A stretch of 64,000 nt of DNA from a virus: the IMG/VR virus record IMGVR_UViG_3300035698_024280. One strand, written 5' to 3'. Both the position numbers and the translations under genes were made by a program. Within the stretch, counting starts at the first letter, position 1; each line of letters begins with the position of its first letter. The notes beneath the pieces were generated by a model that did not search any database, was not told where the DNA came from, and worked only from the letters and a program-made list of their open reading frames with translations. Positions 1-10,549 of this stretch are shown here, in pieces.

Positions 1-15
1 CACCTATTATTTAAT

Positions 16-1011
16 ATGAAAGACAATCAAACAAAAACAGCTCTGGTATTAGGGGCAGGTGGATTCATCGGGAATCACCTTGTTAATAGATTAAAGGATG
101 AAGGTTATTGGGTTCGGGGGGTAGATTTAGTACCACCAGAATATGAAAAAATATCCTCCGCAGATGAATTTATTATAGGTGATTTAAGAGATACCGGATT
201 TACATCTGTATGTATGACCTCCCCAAATCAAATATCCAAGACTGCAGGAGGCTTTGATGAAGTATACCAATTAGCGGCTGATATGGGTGGCGCTGGGTAT
301 ATATTTACTGGAGATCATGACGCAAATGTGATGCATAATTCTGCTACAGTTAATCTTAATGTAGCTCACCACTCAAATCTGCTGGGGGTAAAGAAATTAT
401 TTTACAGTAGCTCTGCATGTATGTATCCTGAGTATAATCAACTTGATCCTAATAACCCTAATTGCTCAGAAGATTCTGCATATCCAGCCGCTCCAGATTC
501 AGAGTATGGATGGGAAAAACTGTTTAGTGAGCGACTGTATTTAGCTTATGCTAAAAACTATAAATTGAATGTAAGAATCGCGAGATTTCATAACATATAC
601 GGCCCTAAGGGTACATATAAGGGAGGGAGAGAAAAGGCTCCGGCTGCAATATGCAGAAAGGTAATTACTGCTACAGATACTATCGAGATTTGGGGTGACG
701 GGAAACAAACTAGATCATTTTTATATATAGACGAATGTATTGAAGCTATTCGAAGAATTATGGAGAGTGAGGTAACGGAACCACTCAATGTTGGCTCGGA
801 TGAAATGGTAACAATAAATGAATTAGTAAATATAGCTGAGACCGTAGAAGGTAAACAGTTACGTAGAGAATATAAACTAGACGCACCACGGGGAGTAGCT
901 GGTAGAAATTCCTGCAATAAACTAATTATGGAAAAACTTGGTTGGGCCCCAAACTTTTCGCTTGAAAAAGGTATAGGTATAACCTATAATTGGATAAAGA
1001 ACCAATTATGA
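16..1011 (+). CDS. NAD-dependent epimerase, GDP-mannose 3,5-epimerase-like
   Basis: GAGGFIG Rossmann motif, QLAADMGGAGYI, SSAC.YP, YGWEK (YxxxK), REKAPAA: typical of the GME family. Confidence 0.85.
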   Translation: MKDNQTKTALVLGAGGFIGNHLVNRLKDEGYWVRGVDLVPPEYEKISSADEFIIGDLRDTGFTSVCMTSPNQISKTAGGFDEVYQLAADMGGAGYIFTGDHDANVMHNSATVNLNVAHHSNLLGVKKLFYSSSACMYPEYNQLDPNNPNCSEDSAYPAAPDSEYGWEKLFSERLYLAYAKNYKLNVRIARFHNIYGPKGTYKGGREKAPAAICRKVITATDTIEIWGDGKQTRSFLYIDECIEAIRRIMESEVTEPLNVGSDEMVTINELVNIAETVEGKQLRREYKLDAPRGVAGRNSCNKLIMEKLGWAPNFSLEKGIGITYNWIKNQL

Positions 1012-1601
1012 AATTAACAAATATTCCAGTATATGACGGAGAAATGATCCACGATCGCTTTGCGTATAAATACTTCCGAGAAAATACATCACCGTTAGGC
1101 AATATTGTAGCTTTTAGAGCTCCAATGGATGTACCCGTACATAATATGATTGATCTGGAGGATGTGCTTGAAGAGGATACTATTACTAGTAGAGATGCCA
1201 TTAATTTTTGTTGGGAAATACCCAACCTTTGCGCACTCGGCGCTGTAGCATTTCAAAGATTATTTAATACTCATATAGCATCAATTTTATCTTCTAAAAT
1301 AATAAATAAGCCTATTGCTGTAGATGGTGATGACCTAATGGTTCCAGAAAAGTTTACAGGGCATGACGGCGTTCAATATGACGAAGGTAAGTGTAGTGTT
1401 TCTATTACATACTCAAAATACGACGTCGCATTAGGACATACGGGTATTAATGTTGTTGCTGGTACAAAGGCACCAGGATTTGCATATTCTACTAATATGA
1501 ATGATGAGCAATGTGAAGAATTTATGCGTCTATGTATTGAGCAGTTTTACTTTATTTTAGGAGGCCTTTTTACTGCTACGACTAAAATTATAATAAAATG
1601 A
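1008..1601 (+). CDS. DUF366-like protein (BPL/LplA-like fold)
   Basis: YDG..IH..FAY, DLED, F.WEIP, GDDL, SVSI..GH.GIN recalled for DUF366; start at 1008 gives an ATGA overlap with the epimerase stop. Confidence 0.6.
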   Translation: MKLTNIPVYDGEMIHDRFAYKYFRENTSPLGNIVAFRAPMDVPVHNMIDLEDVLEEDTITSRDAINFCWEIPNLCALGAVAFQRLFNTHIASILSSKIINKPIAVDGDDLMVPEKFTGHDGVQYDEGKCSVSITYSKYDVALGHTGINVVAGTKAPGFAYSTNMNDEQCEEFMRLCIEQFYFILGGLFTATTKIIIK

Positions 1602-1975
1602 CCATATTTAATATTTTAAATTCTATATTATTTTCTAAAAAATATATAGATTTAAATCAGGACGACGAATCGCAGTTTAATTGTTATATGGTTAATAGAT
1701 GGATGTCTATGTACTCTATAGATATGGTATCTATTATTAATGATACATCAAATAGATATGGACATATAATAAAAACCAAAAGAGATCAATTCAATTGGCT
1801 CTATAATTTCTTCCCCCGCCTCCGTTTTAAGAGGATATCTTATATTAAAAAAGCAAAGGCAGCTGAAGATCAAGATAACTCTATCTCAAATGATGAGTTA
1901 TTATTTCTTGCAAAAAATATGGAAATAAGTTCTAGAGAGTTGAGAGATTATAGATCCTTAGGGTTAATTAGTTGA
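1598..1975 (+). CDS. gp62: Sliding-clamp loader small subunit (T4 gp62-like)
   Basis: FN.YMVNRWMSM...N.......Q...L....P..R.K...Y.KK pattern and size. Confidence 0.6.
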   Translation: MTIFNILNSILFSKKYIDLNQDDESQFNCYMVNRWMSMYSIDMVSIINDTSNRYGHIIKTKRDQFNWLYNFFPRLRFKRISYIKKAKAAEDQDNSISNDELLFLAKNMEISSRELRDYRSLGLIS

Positions 1976-2005
1976 TATTTTTGAAAAAACCGATAATTAT
2001 ATTAT

Positions 2006-2431
2006 ATGAGAGAATCCATTGATAAATTAATACCAGAGAGAGGCTTAATCCAATTATCTGCCGAAACTTCGATCGATTTTAATATCGACGATTTTCAACT
2101 ATCACGACTTAACGGTGATGTACTATTATGCGAGTATATAGATATTACAGAAGATGGTGATAGTATCTATAGAAACGGTCTACATGTACCAATTCATAGC
2201 CAGACAAAAGCCTGGAGGAAAGCGAGAGTTGTACTTACCGGTCAAGATACTCAATGGTCAAGTGTAGGGGATGTTGTTATATTCCCGAACAACTTTGGAG
2301 TGGAAGTACATAAAATGGACGTGAAGGGTCACGGGTCGTTAAAGCATGGGGTATTTCTGAACGAGTCGCGTATATTTGGTGCATGCGAAGCAAAGGCATC
2401 ATCTAAGGTGAAAAGTAAGGTTAAAGCTTAA
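2006..2431 (+). CDS. GroES-like co-chaperonin
   Basis: L.GD.LL...(GLHVP loop)...ARVV..G......VGDVVIFP....V......FLNES.IFG. Confidence 0.7.
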   Translation: MRESIDKLIPERGLIQLSAETSIDFNIDDFQLSRLNGDVLLCEYIDITEDGDSIYRNGLHVPIHSQTKAWRKARVVLTGQDTQWSSVGDVVIFPNNFGVEVHKMDVKGHGSLKHGVFLNESRIFGACEAKASSKVKSKVKA

Positions 2432-2442
2432 TATTATAATTA

Positions 2443-2820
2443 ATGAAAATAGCTAGGGCAAGTTTACAATCTCTACTACTACAAAATGTAGCAGAGATTA
2501 GATTTAGACGACGAACTATGGATTCCATTAGATCACCATATAGAACTATGCTGTGTACTAACAGTAATGAGATTTTATATGGAGTAAATGGTAGAACAAC
2601 TCTAAATTTTAAGCCACCGAAAAAAGCTATAAAATATATACCAGCTGCAAAAAATATAGTACTTACTTGGGACTTATTAATGCAAGAGTTTAGGGCAGTA
2701 TCTATGGAGGATTGCGAGGTTATTAATAAATATCCAGCCACCGACGAATTTTGGAAGATGTTTAATGAGAAATTTTTTATAATGTCCCCTGAACAAAAAC
2801 TTTTATATATGAACGCATGA
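2443..2820 (+). CDS. Conserved T4-like phage SH3 beta-barrel protein (DUF2693-like)
   Basis: L...V.EIRF.R....R.M.CT....VLTWDL....FR pattern. Confidence 0.55.
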   Translation: MKIARASLQSLLLQNVAEIRFRRRTMDSIRSPYRTMLCTNSNEILYGVNGRTTLNFKPPKKAIKYIPAAKNIVLTWDLLMQEFRAVSMEDCEVINKYPATDEFWKMFNEKFFIMSPEQKLLYMNA

Positions 2821-3188
2821 TTAATTCTTTTTCTCTTAATGGAATGATTAACACCGAGAAGCTGGAAAAGAAGTTGGAGCACTTATTGCAGCGCGAAGTT
2901 AGATTTGAAGTAAACGGGAAGGTATTACGGCGAGGGAAGCTCCAGATATATCAGGTGAAAGATTTTTATATAAATTTTACAATTATTAATGATCGGGGCG
3001 ATATTAAGAAATATGATGTACCGTATCCATTCGCAATAAATATAACCGAAGATAGCGCATTTTTAAGCTACACTTTAGAGCATTTAGCGTGCGGTAATAA
3101 AATGCTACATCATAGGCTTAAGTGTGTTAATAAAATTAAGAAAAATAAATTATATAATAGTATTTTAAAAATTATACCTGATATTTAA
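2817..3188 (+). CDS. Hypothetical protein
   Basis: 123 aa ORF with ATGA overlap to upstream gene. Confidence 0.6.
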   Translation: MINSFSLNGMINTEKLEKKLEHLLQREVRFEVNGKVLRRGKLQIYQVKDFYINFTIINDRGDIKKYDVPYPFAINITEDSAFLSYTLEHLACGNKMLHHRLKCVNKIKKNKLYNSILKIIPDI

Positions 3189-3204
3189 AGTACTATTTAG
3201 ATTG

Positions 3205-3236
3205 ACTTATCTATTTTATTTCCTATAATATAATAG
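3205..3236 (+). promoter_or_regulatory. Sigma70-like promoter of the helicase
   Basis: TTGACT-16 nt-TATAAT, 7 nt before the ATG at 3237. Confidence 0.6.
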
Positions 3237-4823
3237 ATGACAATCTTAAAGGACTTCCCTGATGGCTTTCAGCCACGACCTATTCAAATTAAGCTTTTAA
3301 ATGATATTGAAAAAGCTTTTAAGGAGTATAATATTGTTATTTGTTCTGCTCCTACTGGTACAGGTAAATCTTTCTTAGCGAAAACTCTGAGTAATTCAGG
3401 AGTTGAAGTAGATAATGATTTTGTAGATAGTGTAAACTCATACAGCGCGTATACCAATACCGGGACAAAATCACAATATCAAGGCACTGCCTGCTTAACT
3501 ATAACAAAAGCCCTTCAGGAGCAATATAAAGAGCTATTTACTGACGGTGAATCGCTGAAGGGTAAAAGTAACTACCAATGCAAGGTAGATCCAAATGTAG
3601 ATGTAGAGTTAGGGCCATGTGTATGTCTACCCAAGATAAAAAAAGATTGCTGGAGTAATGATATCTGCCCATATTTTTCTCAACGTAATAGATCCCTAAC
3701 AAGTAAGTTTTCGATATATAATTACAATATGTTTATGGCATTGCCTGATCATCTTAAGAATCAGGAGTATATAATATGCGATGAAGCTAGTGAAATAGAG
3801 GATCAATTAGTACAACATTTTTCACTATCATTAAATTCTAAGACTTTAAAATATCTTGAGATACCATCCCCAGAGCTCCCTAAGATCACAAACTATAAAA
3901 ATTTCTACGATTGGCTAGTAACACTTGAAGCAGATATTGTAGATAGCTTAGATAAATACAAAGTTATAGTTCAATCAAATACAAAAACAGAATCAGCAGT
4001 TTCTAAATATAGAGCCTTGCTGAGGATGAGTGATAAGATAAATTTAATTATAAACTCCTGGAGCGAGTGTGAGTATGTGCTATCTATTACTGAGGGTAAT
4101 CTTAATATTGTACCATTGTATGTATCAGCCTTAAGCTCTGAGATATTTAAATATGGTAAAAAAATATTATTAATGTCTGCTACTATTATTGACCCTCAAC
4201 ATTTTGCAAAGTCTCTAGGTATTGAACGATATAAATTTGTTGAGGCTAAGTCTACTTTTCTTAGTGAGAAGTCCCCTATTCATATCTCTAATAAATTTAA
4301 ATTAAATTATAAAAACCTCCAAGCTAATCTACCGAAGGTAACAAAAGCAATCCAAGATATATGTGATTTTCATGGAGAAGAAAAAGGCGCTATTCATACT
4401 CACACTGGGAGAATTACAGACTATTTACGTGATAATTTACTAGGTGATCGTTTTCTATTCAGATTTCAAGATAACAATAATGAAAAACTAATTTTATCTC
4501 ATACATTATCAGAGCTACCAACTGTAGTTGTCAGCCCGTCGATTACACATGGTGTTGATTTTAAGGATGATTTAGCCAGATTTCAGATTATAGTAAAATT
4601 ACCATATCTACCGCTTGGAGATGCACGTGTCAAAGCGTTGTTTGAGGTTGATAGTGATTGGTATACAAACAAGATGCTAAGTACGTTAGTACAGTCCTCT
4701 GGAAGAGGTAGTAGAAGTCAAGATGATTGGTGTACTACATATATATTAGATGGTACAGCCGCCGCCGTAATTAATAGATCGAAAAACAAAATCCCAGAAT
4801 CATTCCTAGAACGGATTCATTAA
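3237..4823 (+). CDS. DinG/XPD-like superfamily 2 helicase
   Basis: Q motif PRPIQ, Walker A APTGTGKS, CDEAS (DEAH-like), C..D....C..C...C Fe-S-like cysteines, MSAT, GVDF, QSSGR..R. Confidence 0.85.
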   Translation: MTILKDFPDGFQPRPIQIKLLNDIEKAFKEYNIVICSAPTGTGKSFLAKTLSNSGVEVDNDFVDSVNSYSAYTNTGTKSQYQGTACLTITKALQEQYKELFTDGESLKGKSNYQCKVDPNVDVELGPCVCLPKIKKDCWSNDICPYFSQRNRSLTSKFSIYNYNMFMALPDHLKNQEYIICDEASEIEDQLVQHFSLSLNSKTLKYLEIPSPELPKITNYKNFYDWLVTLEADIVDSLDKYKVIVQSNTKTESAVSKYRALLRMSDKINLIINSWSECEYVLSITEGNLNIVPLYVSALSSEIFKYGKKILLMSATIIDPQHFAKSLGIERYKFVEAKSTFLSEKSPIHISNKFKLNYKNLQANLPKVTKAIQDICDFHGEEKGAIHTHTGRITDYLRDNLLGDRFLFRFQDNNNEKLILSHTLSELPTVVVSPSITHGVDFKDDLARFQIIVKLPYLPLGDARVKALFEVDSDWYTNKMLSTLVQSSGRGSRSQDDWCTTYILDGTAAAVINRSKNKIPESFLERIH

Positions 4824-4836
4824 CTAAATATAAGTA

Positions 4837-5970
4837 GTGAAAAATAGAGCATTTCATTGGGAGACAAAAGATATAATTGCGCAATTCATTGCGGCTTTTG
4901 ATGATGTAGTAATCGGCAGGTATAATAGAGATAGAGAAGAGAGGGATACAATAGCGGTTGCATATGTGTATTCCCCTAAGCGTCGAGTAATTCATGACCT
5001 AGAAAATAGATCGCAAAATTTAAATTTACCCATAGTCGCTGTAACTATGGGAGGTATTACTAGAAATGCATCTCGTTCCTTTAATAAGGCTGAAGGTTTT
5101 ACATACCCTAATACGAGATACCCCGGGCAGAATGCAACATCATCTGCAAGAATTCCTCCCGCGGTGCCTATAGATATTGATGTTAATATGTCTATATTGA
5201 CGTCATATCAGTCTGATCTTGATCAAATTGTAAGTAACTTTGCTGCTTACGCGAACCCATATATAATGATATCATGGAAGGTACCAGAAGCAATGGGCCT
5301 ACCAGCAGGAATGATTATAAACTCGAAGGTTGAGTGGTCTGGATCTACCACGTTTGATTACCCCGTGGATATAAATCACGCTTCAAGATCAGTAATTACA
5401 GCGGATACTTCCTTTAGAATAGAAGGTTGGTTATTTAAAGAAGAGGTAGATCCGCTAAATCATATATATTATATAGAATCTAATTTCCATAGTAACAACT
5501 CATTATCTGCAGGCAATTATATTACATACGATAGTTATAATACATTATCTGGAAGTAATTCAGTATTAGATACTATAACATTGTCAGGGACACCAACTAT
5601 AACAAACGCTTATTTCCGTCCGGAAGATAGATCAAAGGCAATTAATATAACTAATACTAATTACACTATTAGTACCCCTGGTAGTATAGTTTTATATGGT
5701 ACGAGATTCGAGGAAATAGATTATGTAATGCTTAGTGGTGGTAATAATTTTTATGGCAACAATACATCCCTTTCTGGGTTTGATTATTTCCCAGATTTAA
5801 CAGCAGCGATAATACCATTGAGTTCATATAGGGTTGTAACCGATAATATTTTAGAAATTGATATAGTTAACGAATTAAATAATTCAGGTAAATTTGATAT
5901 AGTTGTAGTTACGCCAGCTGGCTGGTTTACATCATACGAAAGTATAGCTGGTCATTTCATAAAACCCTAA
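4837..5970 (+). CDS. gp15: Tail sheath stabilizer/terminator (T4 gp15-like) with C-terminal extension
   Basis: I.QF.A.FDD..I.R....I.V...YSPK, LP, Q..SNF..Y.NP, F..EGWLF. Confidence 0.75.
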   Translation: MKNRAFHWETKDIIAQFIAAFDDVVIGRYNRDREERDTIAVAYVYSPKRRVIHDLENRSQNLNLPIVAVTMGGITRNASRSFNKAEGFTYPNTRYPGQNATSSARIPPAVPIDIDVNMSILTSYQSDLDQIVSNFAAYANPYIMISWKVPEAMGLPAGMIINSKVEWSGSTTFDYPVDINHASRSVITADTSFRIEGWLFKEEVDPLNHIYYIESNFHSNNSLSAGNYITYDSYNTLSGSNSVLDTITLSGTPTITNAYFRPEDRSKAINITNTNYTISTPGSIVLYGTRFEEIDYVMLSGGNNFYGNNTSLSGFDYFPDLTAAIIPLSSYRVVTDNILEIDIVNELNNSGKFDIVVVTPAGWFTSYESIAGHFIKP

Positions 5971-5984
5971 TAAATATATAATAG

Positions 5985-7781
5985 ATGGCTAAGAATTTTA
6001 CTGGATCAGGAAAAGAATCAACTTTCGGTCGCAACTTAATGAATTATGTTGCAGCAAAACTACCATACTCTGGGTATAGTGCAATAGACCTCACATCAGA
6101 GACAAACCCAAAATTTAAATATTTTGAAAATATGGGGTCACGGAGAGCAGAAGTTCTCTCTAAACATTCAATCTCACAATCTAATGATTATAATGAGCAA
6201 GGTGTAGGCGAAATTGGTGCTGATAGTAACTTTAGCGAGATGATGTACGCTAATGTACAGAAGGATAAAGATTCCAGAATACAAGATTATAGAGTAATGG
6301 CCGCCTTTGCGGAGGTTTCTGATGCATTAGATGAGATTTGTGATGAGATAATCAACATAGATGATCAGGGTGAGATAGTTAAGTTGCATATCGATAATAG
6401 ATTAGAGACTGAGCTCAGCGCTGAGTTAAAAACTCAGTTAACTGATGAATTTCATAAGTACATTCAGTACTACGAGTTAGATGATAAAGGTTGGAATTAT
6501 TTCCGAGACGTATTAATCGAAGGGGAAGTATATTTTGAGCATATTATGCACTCAAAGCACCCAGCTGAAGGGGTGTTAGGTATTGTAAGAGTCCCATCTG
6601 AATTAATAGACCCTATTTATACTAATATACAAAATATGTTAATAAAGGGCTTCTTATATCGAAAGCCTATTATGGAGCCAGATAAATTAATTCAGGGTGA
6701 AGACTTCGAATTTATACCTCTTGACTCTAATCAGATTGTTTATTCGGATAGTGGTATTTGGAATGAAAATAAATCTATTAAGATGCCCTTTATTGAAAAT
6801 GCCAGAAGAGCATATAGACAATTATCTCTAATTGAGGATGCTATACTTATATATAGATTAGTCAGAGCGCCTGAACGGTTAGTATTTAATGTAGATGTCG
6901 GTACTATGTCACCGCCTAAAGCTGAGCAGTACCTTAGAAAGCTAATGTCGCAATATTGGTCCACAAAAACATTTGATGGCAATCAAGGCGATATTGTTAA
7001 TAAATTTAACCCACAATCGATGCTAGATGCTTTCTGGTTTGCAAAAAGAGCTGGATCCGAAGGTACAGAGGTCAGTCAGTTAGAGGGAGGTGCTAATTTA
7101 GGTGAGTTAGCTGACTTAATGTATTTTGTTAAGAAATTATATAAAGCTCTTAAGGTACCTACCAACAGATTAGAAGCAGAATCTACATTAACAGATTCAA
7201 GTGCGATGCTTAGAGAGGAATTAAAATTCGCAAAGTTTGTTGTTAGGTTGCAGAGAAAATTTGCAGGTGGGTTAAAGCTGGGATTTATAACTCATTTAAA
7301 AATGATCGGAGCCTGGAAGGATTTAGATATGAAGGAGCATGATATATTCCTCGAGTTCAACCCCCCTTCAAACTTCTATGAGCTACGTGAAGCTCAAAAA
7401 TTAGGAATAAAAGCTGATAACTACAATAATATGGCCAGCTCGGAACTGGTATCTCCTACCTATTGTCAGAAAAAATATCTCGGTTGGGATGATAGGGATA
7501 TACTTGCAAACCGAAGTTATATGAGAGCCGATGCCTCATTTACATGGGAGAAGCAACAGATTGAATCATTAGGGCCCGACTGGGAGAAGCAAATTGCTGC
7601 TCAGGCTGACCAATTGGCTGGAGAAGAACCGATGGGTGATATGGGTATGGGTGGTGGAGATCTAGGAGCAGGAGGACCACCTGCTTTTGGAGGTGGTCCT
7701 GGCAATCTAGATTCAGATGATGCTATAGTAGACGAACCTATATCGGGTGAGGTCGAAACAGTAGAGGCTCCAGAGTTGTAG
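5985..7781 (+). CDS. gp20: Portal protein (T4 gp20-like)
   Basis: EV.DA.DEI.DE, LIEDA..IYR.VRAPER..F.VDVG.M...KAEQY, GGANLGE..D..YF..KLYKAL.VP. Confidence 0.95.
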   Translation: MAKNFTGSGKESTFGRNLMNYVAAKLPYSGYSAIDLTSETNPKFKYFENMGSRRAEVLSKHSISQSNDYNEQGVGEIGADSNFSEMMYANVQKDKDSRIQDYRVMAAFAEVSDALDEICDEIINIDDQGEIVKLHIDNRLETELSAELKTQLTDEFHKYIQYYELDDKGWNYFRDVLIEGEVYFEHIMHSKHPAEGVLGIVRVPSELIDPIYTNIQNMLIKGFLYRKPIMEPDKLIQGEDFEFIPLDSNQIVYSDSGIWNENKSIKMPFIENARRAYRQLSLIEDAILIYRLVRAPERLVFNVDVGTMSPPKAEQYLRKLMSQYWSTKTFDGNQGDIVNKFNPQSMLDAFWFAKRAGSEGTEVSQLEGGANLGELADLMYFVKKLYKALKVPTNRLEAESTLTDSSAMLREELKFAKFVVRLQRKFAGGLKLGFITHLKMIGAWKDLDMKEHDIFLEFNPPSNFYELREAQKLGIKADNYNNMASSELVSPTYCQKKYLGWDDRDILANRSYMRADASFTWEKQQIESLGPDWEKQIAAQADQLAGEEPMGDMGMGGGDLGAGGPPAFGGGPGNLDSDDAIVDEPISGEVETVEAPEL

Positions 7782-7825
7782 TATTTACCATCAAAGAGTC
7801 ACTGTTACATTAAATAGATATAACA

Positions 7826-9001
7826 ATGGCTTGTAATATTACACCGGTATCTGCGTTCCAGACAACAAATCTAAATAATAAGATTGATACATTCAATCGA
7901 TTAGCAGATAGAATTGTTCGATCTTTAGGAGCGCCTCTCGTTCAAGTTGAACTACATCAAGATCAATTATTTGAAAATATCTCTATTGCGGCTGAGATGT
8001 TTTCAAAATTTGCTGGTTATACGGAAGAGTATTTGGTATTTGACTCTAATTTATATGAAGCAAATGTAGGCTTACGGTTAGATCATTTGTTTACATTAAC
8101 TAATCCTACATTAACTATCCAGGATAAAGTGGATAATAAAATAACTGCTCCTGAAGCAGGATATTACTTTGAAGATAGATCTACTATGTATATAGCTACT
8201 TCTACAATACCCGCTACTACATTTTCCAGCGTATCGGCTCTGAGTGCGATATTTGATGAGGGTATATTTCAACATCAAATATTTGACGATTTGACATATA
8301 CTAGTGTTATTACAGCTTTTGCTGCTACACCTAGTACTAGTACTATACCGATATCGTCTCACTTTATAGAATCATATGTAACAAAAAGAACAAGATCTGG
8401 AGATGAGATAACTCCAGATTCTGAAACCCGCTCTAATAATATGTTCGATTATGATCTTCTAGATTATAGAAAAGTTATTGCTGTCAGTAACTTCGAGGAA
8501 GGTTCTTCTACTGGCATAAATACTCTATTTACAATAGAGCAGACTATGGCGCAACAAACATATTTTTCTTATGCTATGGGTAATAATGGTTTCGATCTAG
8601 TATCTTGGTATACTTTAAAGGAGTGGATGGAAATGAGAGAAAAATTATTAGCATTAAAAAGATCATTTAAATTTGATGAAAGAACTCAAATTCTCCAAAT
8701 ATACCCCGAGCCTAAAAATACGAGATTTTACGGAGTTATCTCCTGTTATGTCGAAAGACCTATCAGAGATATTATCAAAGAACAATGGGTATATCAATAT
8801 GCACTAGCTTTATGTAAGATAACTTTAGGGCAAGTTAGAGGTAAATTTGGTAATATAACTCTCTTCGGGGGTCAGACATTTAATGCTACTGACATAATGA
8901 CTGCTGGAATCTCAGAAAAAGAAACTCTAGAGACTAAGTTGTATGAAGGCGCATCTCCGGGGTTTGGAGACGCAGATCCAATTTGCTTTCTTGTTGGTTA
9001 A
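7826..9001 (+). CDS. gp13: Neck protein (T4 gp13-like)
   Basis: LG.P...VEL..DQ....I..A, WV..YA.AL.K...G..R.KF.N..L.GG..FN. Confidence 0.85.
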   Translation: MACNITPVSAFQTTNLNNKIDTFNRLADRIVRSLGAPLVQVELHQDQLFENISIAAEMFSKFAGYTEEYLVFDSNLYEANVGLRLDHLFTLTNPTLTIQDKVDNKITAPEAGYYFEDRSTMYIATSTIPATTFSSVSALSAIFDEGIFQHQIFDDLTYTSVITAFAATPSTSTIPISSHFIESYVTKRTRSGDEITPDSETRSNNMFDYDLLDYRKVIAVSNFEEGSSTGINTLFTIEQTMAQQTYFSYAMGNNGFDLVSWYTLKEWMEMREKLLALKRSFKFDERTQILQIYPEPKNTRFYGVISCYVERPIRDIIKEQWVYQYALALCKITLGQVRGKFGNITLFGGQTFNATDIMTAGISEKETLETKLYEGASPGFGDADPICFLVG

Positions 9002-9065
9002 TATTTTATTGTTTGTAATATTTACACTATGATATAAATACTATGGTATATACTAAAAAATTATT

Positions 9066-9383
9066 ATGATAGGAAATGAAGATACAAAATTAATGATGGA
9101 GGCTTGGAAGAAGTATAAGGACGAATGTGAGGAAACATCATCTAATACCCTACTCTCAAAGGCTACTGTAGATCCAAAATCTTACGAATTGAGACTAATG
9201 AAGATGTATGGGTTGGATTGGGACGATATACAAGAGGAGTGGGATGAATATGTGGGGTTTATATATCCCATAGATGAAGTGGGAGTAGTTGAGTCAGTTC
9301 CGGAAGAGGTCACTGGTAGAGACTTAAAGCAGTTGATTAATATATTCCAATCCGATGCTCCAGAGAATATAGATACAAATTAA
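9066..9383 (+). CDS. Small acidic protein, candidate internal head protein
   Basis: N-terminal D..L..EAW motif; TATAAATA upstream; lies among head genes. Confidence 0.5.
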   Translation: MIGNEDTKLMMEAWKKYKDECEETSSNTLLSKATVDPKSYELRLMKMYGLDWDDIQEEWDEYVGFIYPIDEVGVVESVPEEVTGRDLKQLINIFQSDAPENIDTN

Positions 9384-9391
9384 ATAAAATT

Positions 9392-9697
9392 ATGCACAAT
9401 AATGACGTAGAATTAATATGGGAAGCTTTATCATCCTCACAATATGCTGGTACAATGGCATCTCTAATGAGCACACCTTGTGAGTTTACGATTGAAATAA
9501 GTTATACCCCAGACATGGACTATGATGGGAATGAAATTTCCAGAGTAGAGGGTAATCTATTTAAAGGTGATGAATTTTTAGAGAGATTATATGGATCTGA
9601 ACTTGAAGACGCTATAGATAAATTAGAGTCTGAGTGCCCAGATAATATTATTGATAGGGACTCTCAAAATGCGATCGCTGGCAGAACTACTTATTAA
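9392..9697 (+). CDS. Small acidic protein, candidate internal head protein
   Basis: N-terminal NDVELIWEAL motif; TAAATA just upstream. Confidence 0.5.
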   Translation: MHNNDVELIWEALSSSQYAGTMASLMSTPCEFTIEISYTPDMDYDGNEISRVEGNLFKGDEFLERLYGSELEDAIDKLESECPDNIIDRDSQNAIAGRTTY

Positions 9698-10035
9698 TGG
9701 TAACATTCAGGCAATATATTATGGGACCGATTAATGAATCATGCAGCTCTCCTGCTTTCTTTAGAGCAAAAAAGTTATTACTATCTGCTTTACCTTATAT
9801 CCCTAGAAAATTTAACAAAAAAGTAAAGATTTGGGAAGATACTCTAAACTCCCCTAAACTAGTAAGGTCGAAGATCAATATACATTATATAGCAGCAGAT
9901 ATAATAGATACTTTAGGCCCAGGTACTCGTCGAGTTTTTCCAAAGATAATAGGGAATGATATATATACTTTAGCAAGAGCAGTATCTTCTAAATACAAGC
10001 CACGGCCAAAGACTGACCCTGATAATGATGCCTAA
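9697..10035 (+). CDS. Hypothetical protein, candidate internal head protein
   Basis: MVTFRQY...INES N-terminus; TAATG coupling. Confidence 0.5.
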   Translation: MVTFRQYIMGPINESCSSPAFFRAKKLLLSALPYIPRKFNKKVKIWEDTLNSPKLVRSKINIHYIAADIIDTLGPGTRRVFPKIIGNDIYTLARAVSSKYKPRPKTDPDNDA

Positions 10036-10489
10036 GAAAAGAAAAAAGCCATCTACACAATATAAGCAAGGTATATTTAAACCAAAAAATTCTGATAAAT
10101 TTGATGGCACAGCTGCAAAATATAGAAGCTCATATGAATTAAAATTTTTTAGATGGTGTGATGATAATATAAATGTACAAAAGTGGGGATCGGAAAATGT
10201 AGTAGTCCCTTATTTGAACCCACTTACTAATAAAGTTTCTCGGTATTTTGTAGATAATTTTATAGTCTTAACGGAAGGGTGTAATACAAAAAAATATCTT
10301 ATAGAAATTAAGCCAAAACGCCAAACAAGGCCACCATGTGTAAATAGATATAGGAATAATAAAAACCTCATATATGAAACAAACATGTGGGAGCAAAATC
10401 AGGCGAAGTGGTCTGCTGCAGATAAATGGGCTAAAAAACACGGTGCAGAATTTATCATATTAACTGAAAAGGAACTTTTTAATAAATAA
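10025..10489 (+). CDS. gp4: Head completion nuclease (T4 gp4-like, TnsA endonuclease fold)
   Basis: YKQG.F.PKN..K, YRSSYE..F..WCD, WGSE...PY, RYFVD, IEIKP..Q, N.AKW.AA..W. Confidence 0.9.
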   Translation: MMPKKRKKPSTQYKQGIFKPKNSDKFDGTAAKYRSSYELKFFRWCDDNINVQKWGSENVVVPYLNPLTNKVSRYFVDNFIVLTEGCNTKKYLIEIKPKRQTRPPCVNRYRNNKNLIYETNMWEQNQAKWSAADKWAKKHGAEFIILTEKELFNK

Positions 10490-10549
10490 TTATAATTATT
10501 ATTTTTAATTAACGGTAGTTAATAATGATTTATACTAAATATAAATATT

